64,000 nucleotides of DNA from Eukaryota sp. TZLM1-RC (lineage: Eukaryota; Protista; Metamonada: BaSk clade), in NCBI GenBank assembly GCA_040285825.1, contig JAUPSS010000007.1, forward strand, positions 768,501 to 832,500. Reading direction: 5' to 3'. Under the pieces are notes generated by a model. It ran no database searches and was not told the DNA's origin. It saw nothing but the letters and a program-made list of their open reading frames with translations. The translations under genes and the position numbers were made by a program. This document shows positions 38,410 through 50,780 of this stretch, in pieces. Position 1 is the first letter of the stretch; every line of letters starts with the position of its first letter.

Positions 38410-39318
38410 TCAGGTATTGCGGTCAATAAGGATATTATTTACCAACTTATAAAACTGCTTATCTTTACTGAACTTTGGATGAAGCATTTCCAATAGATCC
38501 AAAACCTTCCATACTGAGAAGCCTGTATCTTCATGAAGAACTACTTGGAACGTAGAGAGATCTATGCAGAATGAGCATAAACACAGAAACAAAAGCACAG
38601 CACGTAAACTAATGATGTGAAACTCAGGAAGAAACAAAGTTATTCTGTGGTCAACTGTATCAACCTTTATTCCGATGAGCTTGGATGTTGCACTTAGAGG
38701 AGCTTTACATGCCTTTTGATATTTCAAAATGGAGAGAAACTCAGCGAGAAGAGTCACTGGAATGTCAACAAGTTCATCAATCAGCATAGTGGAGTAGTGA
38801 ACACCATACTGCTTTATATATTTGCAAAATGCTAGATTCCAAAAGGGATAAACCAATCTACATTGAAGAGAATCTTGCGAAAGCAAAAATTTGATTGTAT
38901 CGACGTTCTTGCTATTTTTATTCCCATATGTTAGGTTATAGAGGAGGCCGAAAGTCAGGTAATTGTCTGTTAGACCTAGTGGATGTAGAGCGTCTCTATT
39001 TGCTTTCTTCAGATCAGTTGCTTGCAAAATTATCTTCTGCAGGTTCTCCTTGAAGCAATGAATGATGTCTGATTGGTCATAATCAATGAGAATATTATTC
39101 AACTGGTGTAGAGATGGCAGATCATCATGGAAGGCAACACAACAAAATTGAACTAGATCATACAACATTCTGGACCGGGGAGCCTTTTCACATAACAACG
39201 CTACGCAATGAGTGCCCTTCGTGATAGTTGATGAGGGAGGTATGTTAAACATGTAGAACTGGGAAAGCTCGATCCAGTCTTCAACCTGCAAGTGAGATCT
39301 TCTGCTTCTGGATGTCAT
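38410..39318 (-). CDS. Orphan 302-aa protein, paralog of 4523-5431
   Basis: Intact ORF, colinear with 4523-5431. Confidence 0.8.
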   Translation of the reverse strand: MTSRSRRSHLQVEDWIELSQFYMFNIPPSSTITKGTHCVALLCEKAPRSRMLYDLVQFCCVAFHDDLPSLHQLNNILIDYDQSDIIHCFKENLQKIILQATDLKKANRDALHPLGLTDNYLTFGLLYNLTYGNKNSKNVDTIKFLLSQDSLQCRLVYPFWNLAFCKYIKQYGVHYSTMLIDELVDIPVTLLAEFLSILKYQKACKAPLSATSKLIGIKVDTVDHRITLFLPEFHIISLRAVLLFLCLCSFCIDLSTFQVVLHEDTGFSVWKVLDLLEMLHPKFSKDKQFYKLVNNILIDRNT

Positions 39319-39666
39319 GTGATATGATGTGTGGAAGGGTTTTTACCCCTAATCTATTTTTAGAAGTGATTTGAGATTTCAAAATTCTATGCTTTTCCAC
39401 TTTGAAGAGAGCAAAATTGCCAATCTGGAGAAATTCCCCACAAACACATGATCACTTTCCATGTGGAATATTTACAATCACTATATACTACCCAGATACT
39501 GAGGCCCTACATTACCACTCACTCTCGCTTCAGTAAATACAGATATATTCAGACAAGCAAGCTTATTTCTATTGGAAAGCTTTGTTGAGCTGTTGTTACT
39601 GAATTTCAACTCTCACTGTTACAAGCTGATAAACCATGACATGTAGTAACTGAAGTCTTTTTTCTC

Positions 39667-40455
39667 CTATAGAATCTGGGATTTGTTACTCTCAAAAACA
39701 TAATCACCCATTAGTATTAAAATTTCTTTTGGCTTGCCATACTGCTGAACAAGGTATTTTAACAACCAACTCTCAGTCTTCTGCTTGTGAATAAAAGCTT
39801 GCATTTTATGAATGCTCCACAATTCAAGAAGGTGACAGTCGATTATTAAAATAAACTTGCCGATATGTTGCAACCACAAAGTTAAAAGAATCAATAAAAG
39901 TTGATGTACAGGCAGCAAACGCGGATAATCCGCTGTGAACAATTTCGATTGTCATTTCGTAACTCTATCATTTGGTTCCTGTCGTAATTTGCCTCAGTAT
40001 ACTGTATCACCCATGATGTTTGTATTTCATTAATAATAGTTTTCAAAGACCAGGACATCTGAGTCATTCTGAACCAATTGAATTTCTTCTCTTGATTTAT
40101 CATTCGACCATTTCTCTCCTGTTCAGTTTCATGTTCAGGAACCATGTTCAATTCTTGATCAGTTTTATTTACTCATAAAATTCGATAAATCAGGTTTTCC
40201 ATCACTACTGGCAATAAATTGAGTAATCGTAATTGCTGGTTTTCAGAATATCTAAGGATATTTTTCAACAGCATCTGCAAGAAAACGTACACCAGCTGGA
40301 AATATATTGTGAAGCATACTTTCATCCGTGACTAAATTCTCAATTTGACATGTAAATGGTGTTATAAGACCATAAAAAATTTCGTCACGTTCTTTGTTTT
40401 CAATTGATGCCGTTAGGCAGAAGTACGAAAGAAGTAAGGACAGAAAAAAGAGCAT
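39667..40455 (-). pseudogene. Fragmented gene for a signal-peptide protein
   Basis: Three successive short minus-strand ORFs, the first with a signal peptide (MLFFLSLLLSYFCLTAS). Confidence 0.35.
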
Positions 40456-41069
40456 TTATTAATAAAGATACCTGTTCTGGAACAAGTGCCACGTCATCAC
40501 CAGAAATCCTCAGATGTCTACGAGCCTAGTTTACCAGCAACAACGAAACAATGTTTTCACAATGATGATGACATAAATCTTAAAAATTATCATACAGAAG
40601 ATCTGAAAGATTTTCTGGTGCAAGTCTCAATGAACTCAAGTTATCTTATTTTTTTAAATACAAGGGTGTTTTTGATTTGTCGAAGTCTAAATCTATATAG
40701 TGAAATTATAATAGACAATGGCGTGACGTACCCATCCAGCTCGTGCATTTCCGCCGACACATTTTCTAAATCTACTTTGTCAAAATACACATTAATACAA
40801 CGATTGATATGTTTTTGGTTGTTGAATTTCTAATATTCTCAAAATTTGCAACCATCGTTATGCCTTGTAAGTAATGACATTAACAAGAAACAGACTCAAT
40901 ATACTCCATACATACTTCCTTCAACAAATACACTTTTTACAAAACAAATGTTGTAAAATAAGAAAGAAACATAACAACTAGAGACAAGAACTTATGCGAT
41001 AAGTTATACCATGATTTAAGAACTATCTTTAAGAACTTTTAACTTTCAAAAGTATTTGGAGTATAAAAT

Positions 41070-41500
41070 CATTCAACAGTAAACGCTTGAGGGTAATCAC
41101 TAATCCTGATTGTGAAAACAGTTGTTCTTGTGCAACTGATGTATACTGAATATTGAAAAAATCTCAGGCAATCCTGCCTATAGTTGAAAATCTTTTGGAA
41201 TTATCTTCAGTATTATTTTCAAGTATCAAAAAATTATCCAATTTATTGATTTTTTCCAATGCATTCGTATTTTTTGTTTCCAAAATATCAGAAAACTCAT
41301 CAACGGGAAAATCTTTAGACAATATTTCAAGTTACCAATGTCCACGCTTCATTTTTGCTACGAAACACTTCAAAGAAATGAAAATTGTTGTCTCTATTGA
41401 TTACTGGTTGGCATTAATCCAATTTCAACCTTGAATCAAGGAGAGAAGTAACAAAAGAATGAAAGTCTGTCAATAGGTCAACTCCATCTCGGTAGCTATT
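41070..41500 (-). mobile_element. hAT transposase C-terminal remnant
   Basis: Minus frame NSKRFSTIGRIA*DFFNIQYTSVAQEQLFSQSGLVITLKR matches the hAT dimerisation domain. Upper boundary approximate. Confidence 0.7.
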
Positions 41501-41529
41501 AATATTTGCAGATCTTTCAACAAACTTCG

Positions 41530-43860
41530 TGTAGGTACCTCACTAGTGAGTACCTAAGTATATAGAATATCATTAAATAAAATTATCTTTATCTTAACCC
41601 GCCTTAACTAACCCATATATACACAGCTAGCATAATGCCTAACGGCAACAACAATTATTGTGCGTCACAGGCACACCACACACCAATCAGCAACAGCGCT
41701 GTAATAAACAAAAAGATGTCTGGGGTATGTCAGACATCTCTCAGAGGAGACCTTTCTAACCCTCCCCTTTACATAATTTCGAGGACAATGAGTGCTCCAA
41801 CAAAGCAAACGAGTATTCCTCCTTCCTCAACGAGTTCGGATGTAGTTCATCCTACTCCTGGTCAAACGAGTTCGAGTATTTCACACTCCACTCATGGAAC
41901 GACGAGTTCGGGTGTAACCCACCTCACTCCAAATTCATTTAGTTCGGGTCAGAACCCCACTACCATTCATACGAGCGGAGATCCTCGGCTCCCTCCTCCA
42001 AATCCGAGTTCGGGTCAAAACTCCACTCCTAACCAAACTCTTTCGGAGGTAACCCCTCCCAACCAAAACGCCCATTCAACGGCTACCACAGCCCTGACTA
42101 CGGCCAAGGTCTCGCAGGATAAACCTCCTGCCACTGACCCAGAGTTAAAGGCGCTACTCGCCACTTTCTCAAAAGAAGAAAGTGAGAAACAGGAGCCAAC
42201 AGACTTTGTGGAGTCTCTCCCTTCAGATACGTCCCTGTACCCAGACTTAGAGAACTGTGTTTCGGTACAAACCCTAAACGAGACTTAAGAAGGATTCAGG
42301 GAAGTTCCCCTCACCTCACAAGTCCATGAAAACTCTGTAGAGCTTCTTGACCAAGAAAGCAAGGAGTTGACGGGTAGACCTGCTGAACGCAGAATACGAC
42401 TATCCCCACTAGACTCCTCCTATAGATCCATCATGTCCAAACCTCGCGCCGACAGATTCGATTTTATCGGAAGAAACGCCACCCTCGACATATATGACTT
42501 TAGAATACGGTGGATGGAGGTCATGGAGTATGGTCGAAACTTCTCTAACAATTTGGATGGACCTGACAACATAAACCTCCTCCCACACTGGTTTAGGCCA
42601 GGTCTGGACAAAATTTTTGAAGTCAACAGCACATCTGGAGTAGATTACACGGTAGTAAGAGAGGTTTACGAATACTACTCGTTGAGATGAGACCCGCATC
42701 TCAGCCGTTCAGGCTAATCTTCGTCGAGCAAGGAGTCACCTTCAAACGAGATCATGCCAACATGAAAACGGCAGTCATCTCCACCTATAGGTCTCCCCCC
42801 AATCACCACAATGTACAAATTGGGGACACTTGGGTTAATAACAAGGCTTTCGCCTTCACCCCAATATTAGGTATAGAGGATACGCCTTTTTAAAGCATTA
42901 GACCTTTCAGGCCATCCATTCAGCTCAACATTCAGGAGGAATCGAAACCTCTTCAAAAACTCTAAATTGACCAACTACCGCAGCCTGGTAATCAGGACAT
43001 TTCTATGGAAGTCCTCACTATCCAACCACCAGACACATCTGTTCCAATGGAAGAATCGACCTCACGTCAAACAGGTCCAGGCTTGAACAGACAAGATCTC
43101 TCCTCCTCTCGGTCAGGAACATTAGTCGGAATCCATGACCCACGTCAAGTTCTTGACTTAAACCTACAATCTCAGTTGGATACCATTATAAAACAGAGGC
43201 TGTAGAACACGATACGCTCCATGAGCCCCCAGACTCGAGTTTCCAGAAACTCAAATGAAAATCGTTTACTTCCTACTGAAATTCGCTCTCTGAGACAGTA
43301 CAGGTAGAGGAGGAACGACAAACGTCGATAAAATAGAAATGCCTCAAACAAGTTCAGCTCAGCAACAGAAACGAATAGCTGACATGGTCAACAGTCTACC
43401 TCAGTTACTAGCAATACAGGAAGGCGCTACAACCGAGATACAACAACAAATAGATTCGTTAAAGTCTCAGCTCGAGTCACTTCGGACGCCCAAAATTAAC
43501 AAAATAGACCCCAACTTCATTCAGAAAATAGGGCCACCTATTCACGCATACGACCTCTTCAGGTCCATCTTAGCGACAACCAACCCCCTGGGAATTTCGG
43601 GTTGCATTAGCGCAAGAATAATTTCCTTTTGGAAACAACAACAGATCCTTAGCATGGAACCTAAAGACGTAGGAATTCTACTGCTTCTTTGTAGGAGGAG
43701 CCAATTAAACTCGCTCCACGAACGCCAAACTAGCTCTCCACAAACCCCAATTCAATTGGCGTAAAGTCAATTCAATCGAAGACGCGGAAAGGGAGTTTGC
43801 TATATACATGGAAAATGTTGGAGACATCCTGAGAATGTCGACATACATCACTGATGTATC
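41530..43860 (+). mobile_element. Truncated LTR retroelement (5' LTR 41530-41650 plus decayed S/T/P-rich gag-like region)
   Basis: TG...CA 121-bp LTR sharing CACTAGTGA, TATA and the TGCCTAACGGCA end motif with the other LTRs; broken ORFs 41635-43764; no pol and no 3' LTR. Confidence 0.6.
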
Positions 43861-43898
43861 AGCCAGGATCGAAGATGTGGATCACTCGAGCGGAGTAT

Positions 43899-46800
43899 TT
43901 AATTAATTGGGATATATTCACTCCAATTGCTATAATCGCCAGAGTCCACCAAAACCTTTCTTAGACCTTGTAAAATGTCTCTGTGTCGTCTTTTTACTAA
44001 ACCATTGCTTTGTGAAAAGCTAGTTAGTGAACGACTTACTTCAATATTTAATAAATCGCATGACCCATTGAAAATGGCATTTGCAAATTCAATACCATTG
44101 TCACTATGAATTAACAGTGGGATACCAAAAATTGATACTACACTCCTTGGGAGGTGATTGGTTGCCTCCACTGCATTCAATTCCTTTGCAGGGCAAATGA
44201 TCGTATACCTAGTGAACGAATCAACAAAGACTATTAAATATTTGAATCCATTATCATCTTGTTGTAATGGTCCAATAGTATCTGCGTTTAATCGTGCAAA
44301 AGGTCGATCAGCCCAAAGAGAGCCAGATGATTCAATGACTTTTTTAGGCACATGTGCCGTCTTTTGACATGCTGGGCATCTCTTAATATGATTGATCATG
44401 TCTTTGCGCATGTCGGGCCAAAAGTAATCACTATTGAGTAATTTCTTTACGCTAGTCGTCACACTAGGATGGCCAACATTTGCATGTCCATGAATGATAG
44501 TTAAAGTCTGCTTCTTTAAACTATCTGGGATAGCAATCTTCCCACGATTGTTGGTATACAATTGAATATCTGAATTATAATTGTAATCTTCATAATAATC
44601 AGGATTTGAATCAACATCTCTAAGTTGTTCTTGCCTAAGCTGTGAGATTCAAGTGTCAAATAAATCAATTTTGGTATCCTCAACACAACTGCTTCTTTTA
44701 GTGCAGATAAGCTATTGATCGTGGGTAGCTCAATTGTCGACGGTTGAGTAATATCATCTCTTAACAAATTAACTCTAGTTAATAAATTTTAATAATGTAA
44801 TTGTTCTTCAACTCTGTGAGGTGCCAAGTTTCTCACTTGTTGGACTCGAGGAGTTTTGGGTTTGGTATTAACCAATCTGGACAACATGTCTGCCCAATAA
44901 TTCTCCTCGCCTGTAGTGGACTACATCAAAATTGAATTCTGACAATAATGGTAGCCACCTCTTCACAATTCTGTTCTTTTCAGGAGCTGATATCAAGTAT
45001 GCTAAATTTCTATGATCAGTGAAAATAGTTAATTTCCTCGAAATTATATAATTTTCTAAACTACTGTCAGTGAGAATTAATAAAATTGCATACAACTCTT
45101 TCTGAAGTACAGACCAATTTTTTTGTGAAGTTCACAATAATCTGCTAAAGAAGGCAATAGGTACAACCTTTCTCCTAATTAGCGGTGTCGTCGGATCTTT
45201 AGGTGGGTTAGCTTCTTGCCATATTACTCCAGCTACAGCCACATCAGACGCATCAGCACTTATTAAAATATGCTTGTCTTCTGAGGGCAATTCAAGAGGG
45301 ATATTTGCTTTAATAAGATTTATAATCTTACCTAAAGGCCTCGTCATGATCAGAAGACCACTTGATCTTTGACGGTTTGTTTCTGGTTAATTTGTTGATT
45401 GGTTCTATCAAATCAGACAATTTTGGCAACCAGTCACGTATATAGTTGATCGAACCTATAAAACTCCTAACCTCAGGTAATGTCCTGGGTTTGGGTAATT
45501 TGATCAGTCCCTCAATCCTAGACTCATCTATATAACGGGTTTTGTTTATAAAAATACTACCTCGAATTTATATTTCATGTTTGCAAGTGGTAAAGCTACA
45601 CTTGGGTAGGCCCAGATTATCTCTAAACGTTTGGCGCGTTCTAGGACCGAACCTACTCTAGATAGAAATTCATCCAGGGTCGAAGCTACTATTATTATAT
45701 CATTGATATAAATAAATACGCCCTCAGAATCAAATATTTCCATCATCATGTTTGGAAGACTTCAGGAACGTTCTTCAAACCAAAACAAGCCCTTTTAAAA
45801 CTGATCGACATCCCGGGAATTGATACGGTAGTTTTATCAATATCCTCTTCTGCAATTTGAGCTGCCAAAATGCCTTAAGTAAATCTAGAGTTGCAATAAT
45901 AATTAGCTTTACTTAGGAACTCTGAAATGTCGCTAATCCTGGGAAAATTTTCCTCTACAAGTTTAGTTAAATCATTTACTCCACCTATACCACCAATAAC
46001 GCCAGTTAATCGTGGTTTCCTGTGATCAGGGTAAATCACGAGACAGATGGCACTATTGAATTGAGACTTTGTGGGCACAGCAAATCCATTACGGATCAAT
46101 TCGTTAAAAATTTCCTCGGCTACCCGTTGTTTTTCTGGGTTTAATCTTCGAGGTTTTTTTGACGACCTTACTTTCGTCATAAAATGGAATGGTCATCGGC
46201 TGACAATCAATTCCATCCGGGTGAGGTAGCCCACTAAATACACTTCTGTATTTTTCGAGTAGCACGACTAGGCGTTCCTCATCTCTAATGTCATCCAGGC
46301 ATATTCTACAGCCCAACTCATTTAAATCATGTCTGAATGTGGAGTGCCCAAAATCATTACCTAAGCCTGATTTATTACTCAATTGTTCTATGAATCTAAT
46401 TGGTTGACAAACTCTATTACCAAACTCACATTCAGCATTTAAGATGGTGCGATGTTCGCGATCTAAATTAATATTAAAACCGTGCTCCGTGTGTAGCCCC
46501 AAGGTTTGTAATAAGTCTCTTCCGATCAAAAAATTATTGGCACCAGGAATGATCTGGAATTCGATCCTTAAAAACACTTGAGTGGCCAAGATACCCACAT
46601 TTAGAGCAAGAACACCACTTGCACATCCCAGGGTCGTGGAGTGAATACCGTTTGCCGATAGGTATTCGACAGTCTTATTGTCATTAACTGTCATATTGCA
46701 TTTAGAGGCCAAGTCCATTGATAATGCTGAAAATGCAGCTCCATTATCAATTTCGCCTTGTACTTCCACGTTATTTATGGTGCAGGTTAACCAAAGTTCC

Positions 46801-49800
46801 CCGTTAGAACTTTCTTGGTCCTCTGCTACCCTGGATAGTCTAACACTGTGGATAGAACCCACAGGATTGGATGACTCTCTAAATCTTTTTAATGGATTTA
46901 GGTGTTTATAATTCGAATCTGTTTTGCTCATATTATAAATGGAATTGATTGAATTATTTGTAAGGTTATTGTTTAAAGATGTATAATCATCTGGTTTATT
47001 ACTAGTACTTTTTCGTTTTCTATCACGTTTCTCACCTCCTTGACACTTTTTTGAACCTGGTCTTCCCACTATTTTAAAACATTTCACTTCAGGATGTTTA
47101 TTGGTTTTGCATAAGCTACACCATTGCTCTGAAGGGTTGGGTCGACTGCTTACTTTGGGGTTCTCAAAAGGATCTTTTGACTGGCTTCGTCCTTTTTGCG
47201 CAGGAGCGTGAGCACCAAAAGCGGTTCTTATCAGTTTCATGTCTTTGATCGAGGATTCAAGGCTATTGACCTTGTTAACAAATGCGTTACCTAAATCGTA
47301 AATCGCATCGCCCAGTTTCTCGTTACTCGAATCAAACTTACCAATCCAAATGATATATGTGTCCATCAATTGATTGTTTGTTTTGTCGTTAATAGTTTCG
47401 AGAAATCTCTTTGCTGGGTAGACGACAGACGGATTACCATCCGTTCCGGGCATAATTGTAGAGCGTCGAATTATATATATGATCTGCTCTATGAAGGCTG
47501 TCCATGAAGATTCAGCAGACATTTTGCGACTGATCTCAGGTGGTCTTACAGACCTTAAAGCCTTCTCAACATCGGTAGGGTATTTGTACTGGGTGCTGAG
47601 TAGCAAATATTCCCAGATTTCGGCGTCAGATGGGTTGTTGCCTAACACGTTTGTTCGGCCTCCATAAAAACTCTGCCATTCTGCGATGACCTTACCCTCA
47701 ATCATAAATCTCAAATACAAAGGGTCCACTTCGAAGAACATAGATCTAACGAAGTCGTACTGATGAACAGGTTGACCGTATTTGGTGATCGGCGTAAATG
47801 CTCTGGTGGGTCCATCGCGATCCCTAACTGTTTTAGCCCAATTGCCAAAGTTAAGAACGAAGTCGAAGATCTTCTTGGCGTCAAACGCTTCATTTAAATT
47901 AACTAGGCATCTCAGTTTGTCGTCTATTCTTTTCCTCAATTTCTCCTCGTCTGTTACAGGAGTTCTATAAAGACCGAGGGTGTCGACGAGAGAATCTCTA
48001 GGAGCATTCGTTCCTAGGGGTTGCGTGGGTATAGATGATTTTATAACAGATGCTTGTGTAGGAGTTGCTTCACAAGAAGCTCTCCTAGATGCCAGAGGCC
48101 CTACAGAAGGTGTACTATATAGGTTCATATTCCTCTCTTCTGAAGGCAATGTTTCGCCCAACTTTATGATAAATCTTGTCTTAGGAGGTTCCTCCTGCAC
48201 AGGTACAGTCTGGGCTGGTGGTCTTAAATCCACCCAATCTGGTGCATCTTTAGATCCTCTAGGGACCCCTGCTAGTTTATGATCATATGGAAGGCAACTG
48301 CTCTTTATTAAGACGTTCTCAAAAACATTTTGGTCGGGCCAGCTATCAACCCATGCCTTAAGTTTAGCCATCCATGCATCAGGGTATACTAGTTTTAACT
48401 TGTTGGGGCCAACACGTTGCTCTTTCAATTCAATTACCCTCGTGCCTATTTCTCTAATATAGGACTCTTTGGTATGAAATTGAAGGGTGTCACCTCGAGA
48501 TTCATCGAATCTGCCCCCAAGCATAATAAGAATGTCCGCAATGGAATCTTTTGGGTGTACATTCTCCACTAGGAAATGCCTTACGACGCCTCTAAGGTTT
48601 CTACCTTGTTGATTATGAGGATACATTTTAGCTATCCAAAATAGTCTGTCGTAAGCTTCTTGATTTCCACTGAAATATATTTTGTGGTCATCAAGTGCAT
48701 CCCTATGCCATTTGGCAGGCCTGGGAGTAGCAGCTTGATACTTTGATCGAGGTGCGCTAAAATAGCAATCCTCGACTGCACTCATTCCACACGAGACTGC
48801 CGAATCGGTAAGATCATCCAATCTCTTTAAAAGATTTGGACTTTGATCATAACTCTCGTAGACGACGTCGTCAAGTGTTTTGCCGTGGGCTTCCCCAAAG
48901 AGGAAGGGCCAACGTTTCGCTAAATAGTCACGTCGCACCTTCTCACATTCAGCTGGGTCTACGTCTCCCGCAAGACGCTCTGACTCATTCTCAGCCATTT
49001 TTAATAATTCGTCCTCACTCCAATCCAGTATATCTTCGGGAGGATTGGCGATGAGGTCCAATAAGAAATCTCTAGTTACAGCCTCAACTGCCTTTGCTAA
49101 TTTCCTGCGGTAAAGACCCTGAGAAGTCCTTTCCGTAGATGGGAAACTAGGAGTTGGATTAGGAGGATTGTATGTATGTAGTAGTGTGTATGAGGTGGTT
49201 CATCATCGCTCTCATCCCCTCTCCTGCCGTAATTCTGATTAAGAGATCCTCTGGAATCACTTTGAGGTTCCTCACTTGAGCTGATGTCAGAAGTAGGTGA
49301 GGAGGGAGTTTTACGTGAGGAGCCAGTCGTAGACTGTTGCTCGCCTTCACCTCCTTCACCTTCTGTACAAGCGTCAGATTTGGTACTTACAACAAACGCT
49401 TTGAATCTCCGTTGCTCGCTCGGAGTGAGAAAACTCTTCCTGCAAGGAAGGAGCTCCGAGGAGTTGTTAGGGTATGTGTACAGTTCTGTCACATCAACAA
49501 CGTGATTACCACTCTCCTTATTAGGGAGGTGACTTCCTTTCTGAGAGGTAGGGCTCTCCTCAGTGGAAAGTTCACTCTTCTTATTGGGGAGGTGACTTTC
49601 CTTCTGAGAGGCAAGGCTCTTCTCAGCGGAAAGCTCACTCTCCTTAGGAGGATTACTCTTCCCGAAGGAAGGATTACTCTCCTGAGAAGGAGGATTACCG
49701 TTAATGTCCTGGCCGGAGCCATTAATTAATGATGCTGTATGGTTAGACATTGTACAGAATAGAGATAAAAGATAAAGGTATTTATTAAATTTCACTGGCC

Positions 49801-49857
49801 CTTATAAAGGCCGTCACTAGTGAAGTCTATACTAGACTAATTGTCCACAGTACAACA
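43899..49857 (-). mobile_element. Degenerate Ty3/gypsy LTR retrotransposon (5' LTR 49730-49857; 3' end missing)
   Basis: Domain order gag-PR-RT-RNaseH-IN: EIDNGA, YINDII, ADASDVAVAG, FTDHRNL, HGHANVGH...CPAC, ADTIGP, HSDNG; frameshifted, with catalytic motifs altered. Confidence 0.93.
46104..49061 (-). CDS. Gag-protease ORF of the Ty3/gypsy element
   Basis: 985 aa with CSLCKTNKHPEVKC nucleocapsid knuckle and aspartic protease motif (DNG). Confidence 0.8.
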   Translation of the reverse strand: MDLIANPPEDILDWSEDELLKMAENESERLAGDVDPAECEKVRRDYLAKRWPFLFGEAHGKTLDDVVYESYDQSPNLLKRLDDLTDSAVSCGMSAVEDCYFSAPRSKYQAATPRPAKWHRDALDDHKIYFSGNQEAYDRLFWIAKMYPHNQQGRNLRGVVRHFLVENVHPKDSIADILIMLGGRFDESRGDTLQFHTKESYIREIGTRVIELKEQRVGPNKLKLVYPDAWMAKLKAWVDSWPDQNVFENVLIKSSCLPYDHKLAGVPRGSKDAPDWVDLRPPAQTVPVQEEPPKTRFIIKLGETLPSEERNMNLYSTPSVGPLASRRASCEATPTQASVIKSSIPTQPLGTNAPRDSLVDTLGLYRTPVTDEEKLRKRIDDKLRCLVNLNEAFDAKKIFDFVLNFGNWAKTVRDRDGPTRAFTPITKYGQPVHQYDFVRSMFFEVDPLYLRFMIEGKVIAEWQSFYGGRTNVLGNNPSDAEIWEYLLLSTQYKYPTDVEKALRSVRPPEISRKMSAESSWTAFIEQIIYIIRRSTIMPGTDGNPSVVYPAKRFLETINDKTNNQLMDTYIIWIGKFDSSNEKLGDAIYDLGNAFVNKVNSLESSIKDMKLIRTAFGAHAPAQKGRSQSKDPFENPKVSSRPNPSEQWCSLCKTNKHPEVKCFKIVGRPGSKKCQGGEKRDRKRKSTSNKPDDYTSLNNNLTNNSINSIYNMSKTDSNYKHLNPLKRFRESSNPVGSIHSVRLSRVAEDQESSNGELWLTCTINNVEVQGEIDNGAAFSALSMDLASKCNMTVNDNKTVEYLSANGIHSTTLGCASGVLALNVGILATQVFLRIEFQIIPGANNFLIGRDLLQTLGLHTEHGFNINLDREHRTILNAECEFGNRVCQPIRFIEQLSNKSGLGNDFGHSTFRHDLNELGCRICLDDIRDEERLVVLLEKYRSVFSGLPHPDGIDCQPMTIPFYDESKVVKKTSKIKPRKTTGSRGNF

Positions 49858-50460
49858 CAAGGTTCATGATGCTGTCAAAATCCTATTATCTTGTATGTGC
49901 AAATCTCATAGAATTGAATCTTGATTGGAACCTCAGTTGTCAAATCGTTTTGATGCTGAAGATGATTTCCATAAGAATAACAGAGGTGATGTCATATTAC
50001 CTATATTTGAAAAAACCTTCATTTTAGTAAATGTAATGTTTGTTGATCCTTTTGATGTCTCATATGAAAGGCTTGCTAATTCTGAAATTCATAGTCCTCT
50101 TTCAAATGCTGAAAATTTCAAAATCAAAAAAATATATCGATCATTGTTCAAAATATCCACCAAACAGCATGCAGCTCACTATGAGAGAATTGCATCTAGT
50201 GTTTTTGTCTTCGGAGAGATGGATTTTTTAGATGTTGATTTTTAGGTTTTTAATAAAATTAAAATTAAAAAAAATCAGCATGCAAAATACAATTTGTATC
50301 CATTTGTATTTTCTCTTTTTGGTTCACTTGCTCCCACGGCTTTACGTTCTTCGGCAGATTTTGGAATAATTGTAAAGAGAAGAACCAACAGAAATTTCAA
50401 CAGATTTTTTTGGCAAGATGGAATTGTGTTTTCTATTATCAAGGGCTTTCACTTGGATGT
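49858..50460 (+). mobile_element. Rearranged CRE-like family-A 3' fragments
   Basis: Homologous to 62333-62945, with LEP and NNRGD motifs; abuts the LTR. Confidence 0.8.
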
Positions 50461-50780
50461 CAATATGAGAGAGTTTTATCTAGTCTTCTTTTGGGAGAGA
50501 TGCATTATTTAGACATCGAGTGTTAAGTTGTTTAATAAGCAAATATTTGTGAAAAATACAAACTGTCTTCCATGAAATAGTTCAAACCACAAGTCTATTC
50601 AAATACTATATCGTTAGAAATTCAAATGGACCAATTATTATTAATTATGATTTATTTTTTCGGATCTGATGAGATGAAATCCATCAAATCAAGATTTCCT
50701 CTACAAAAACCAAATGTGTTCGTTTTCTCGCCATTCCTCCTCAGTTCAATAGTTAAAAATACAGTATTTATTAAAGAAAC

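Noticed and set aside
43899-46800. G-to-A changes in catalytic codons as RIP/APOBEC-like hypermutation
   Set aside because: Too few sites and mixed dinucleotide contexts; ordinary AT-biased decay is sufficient.
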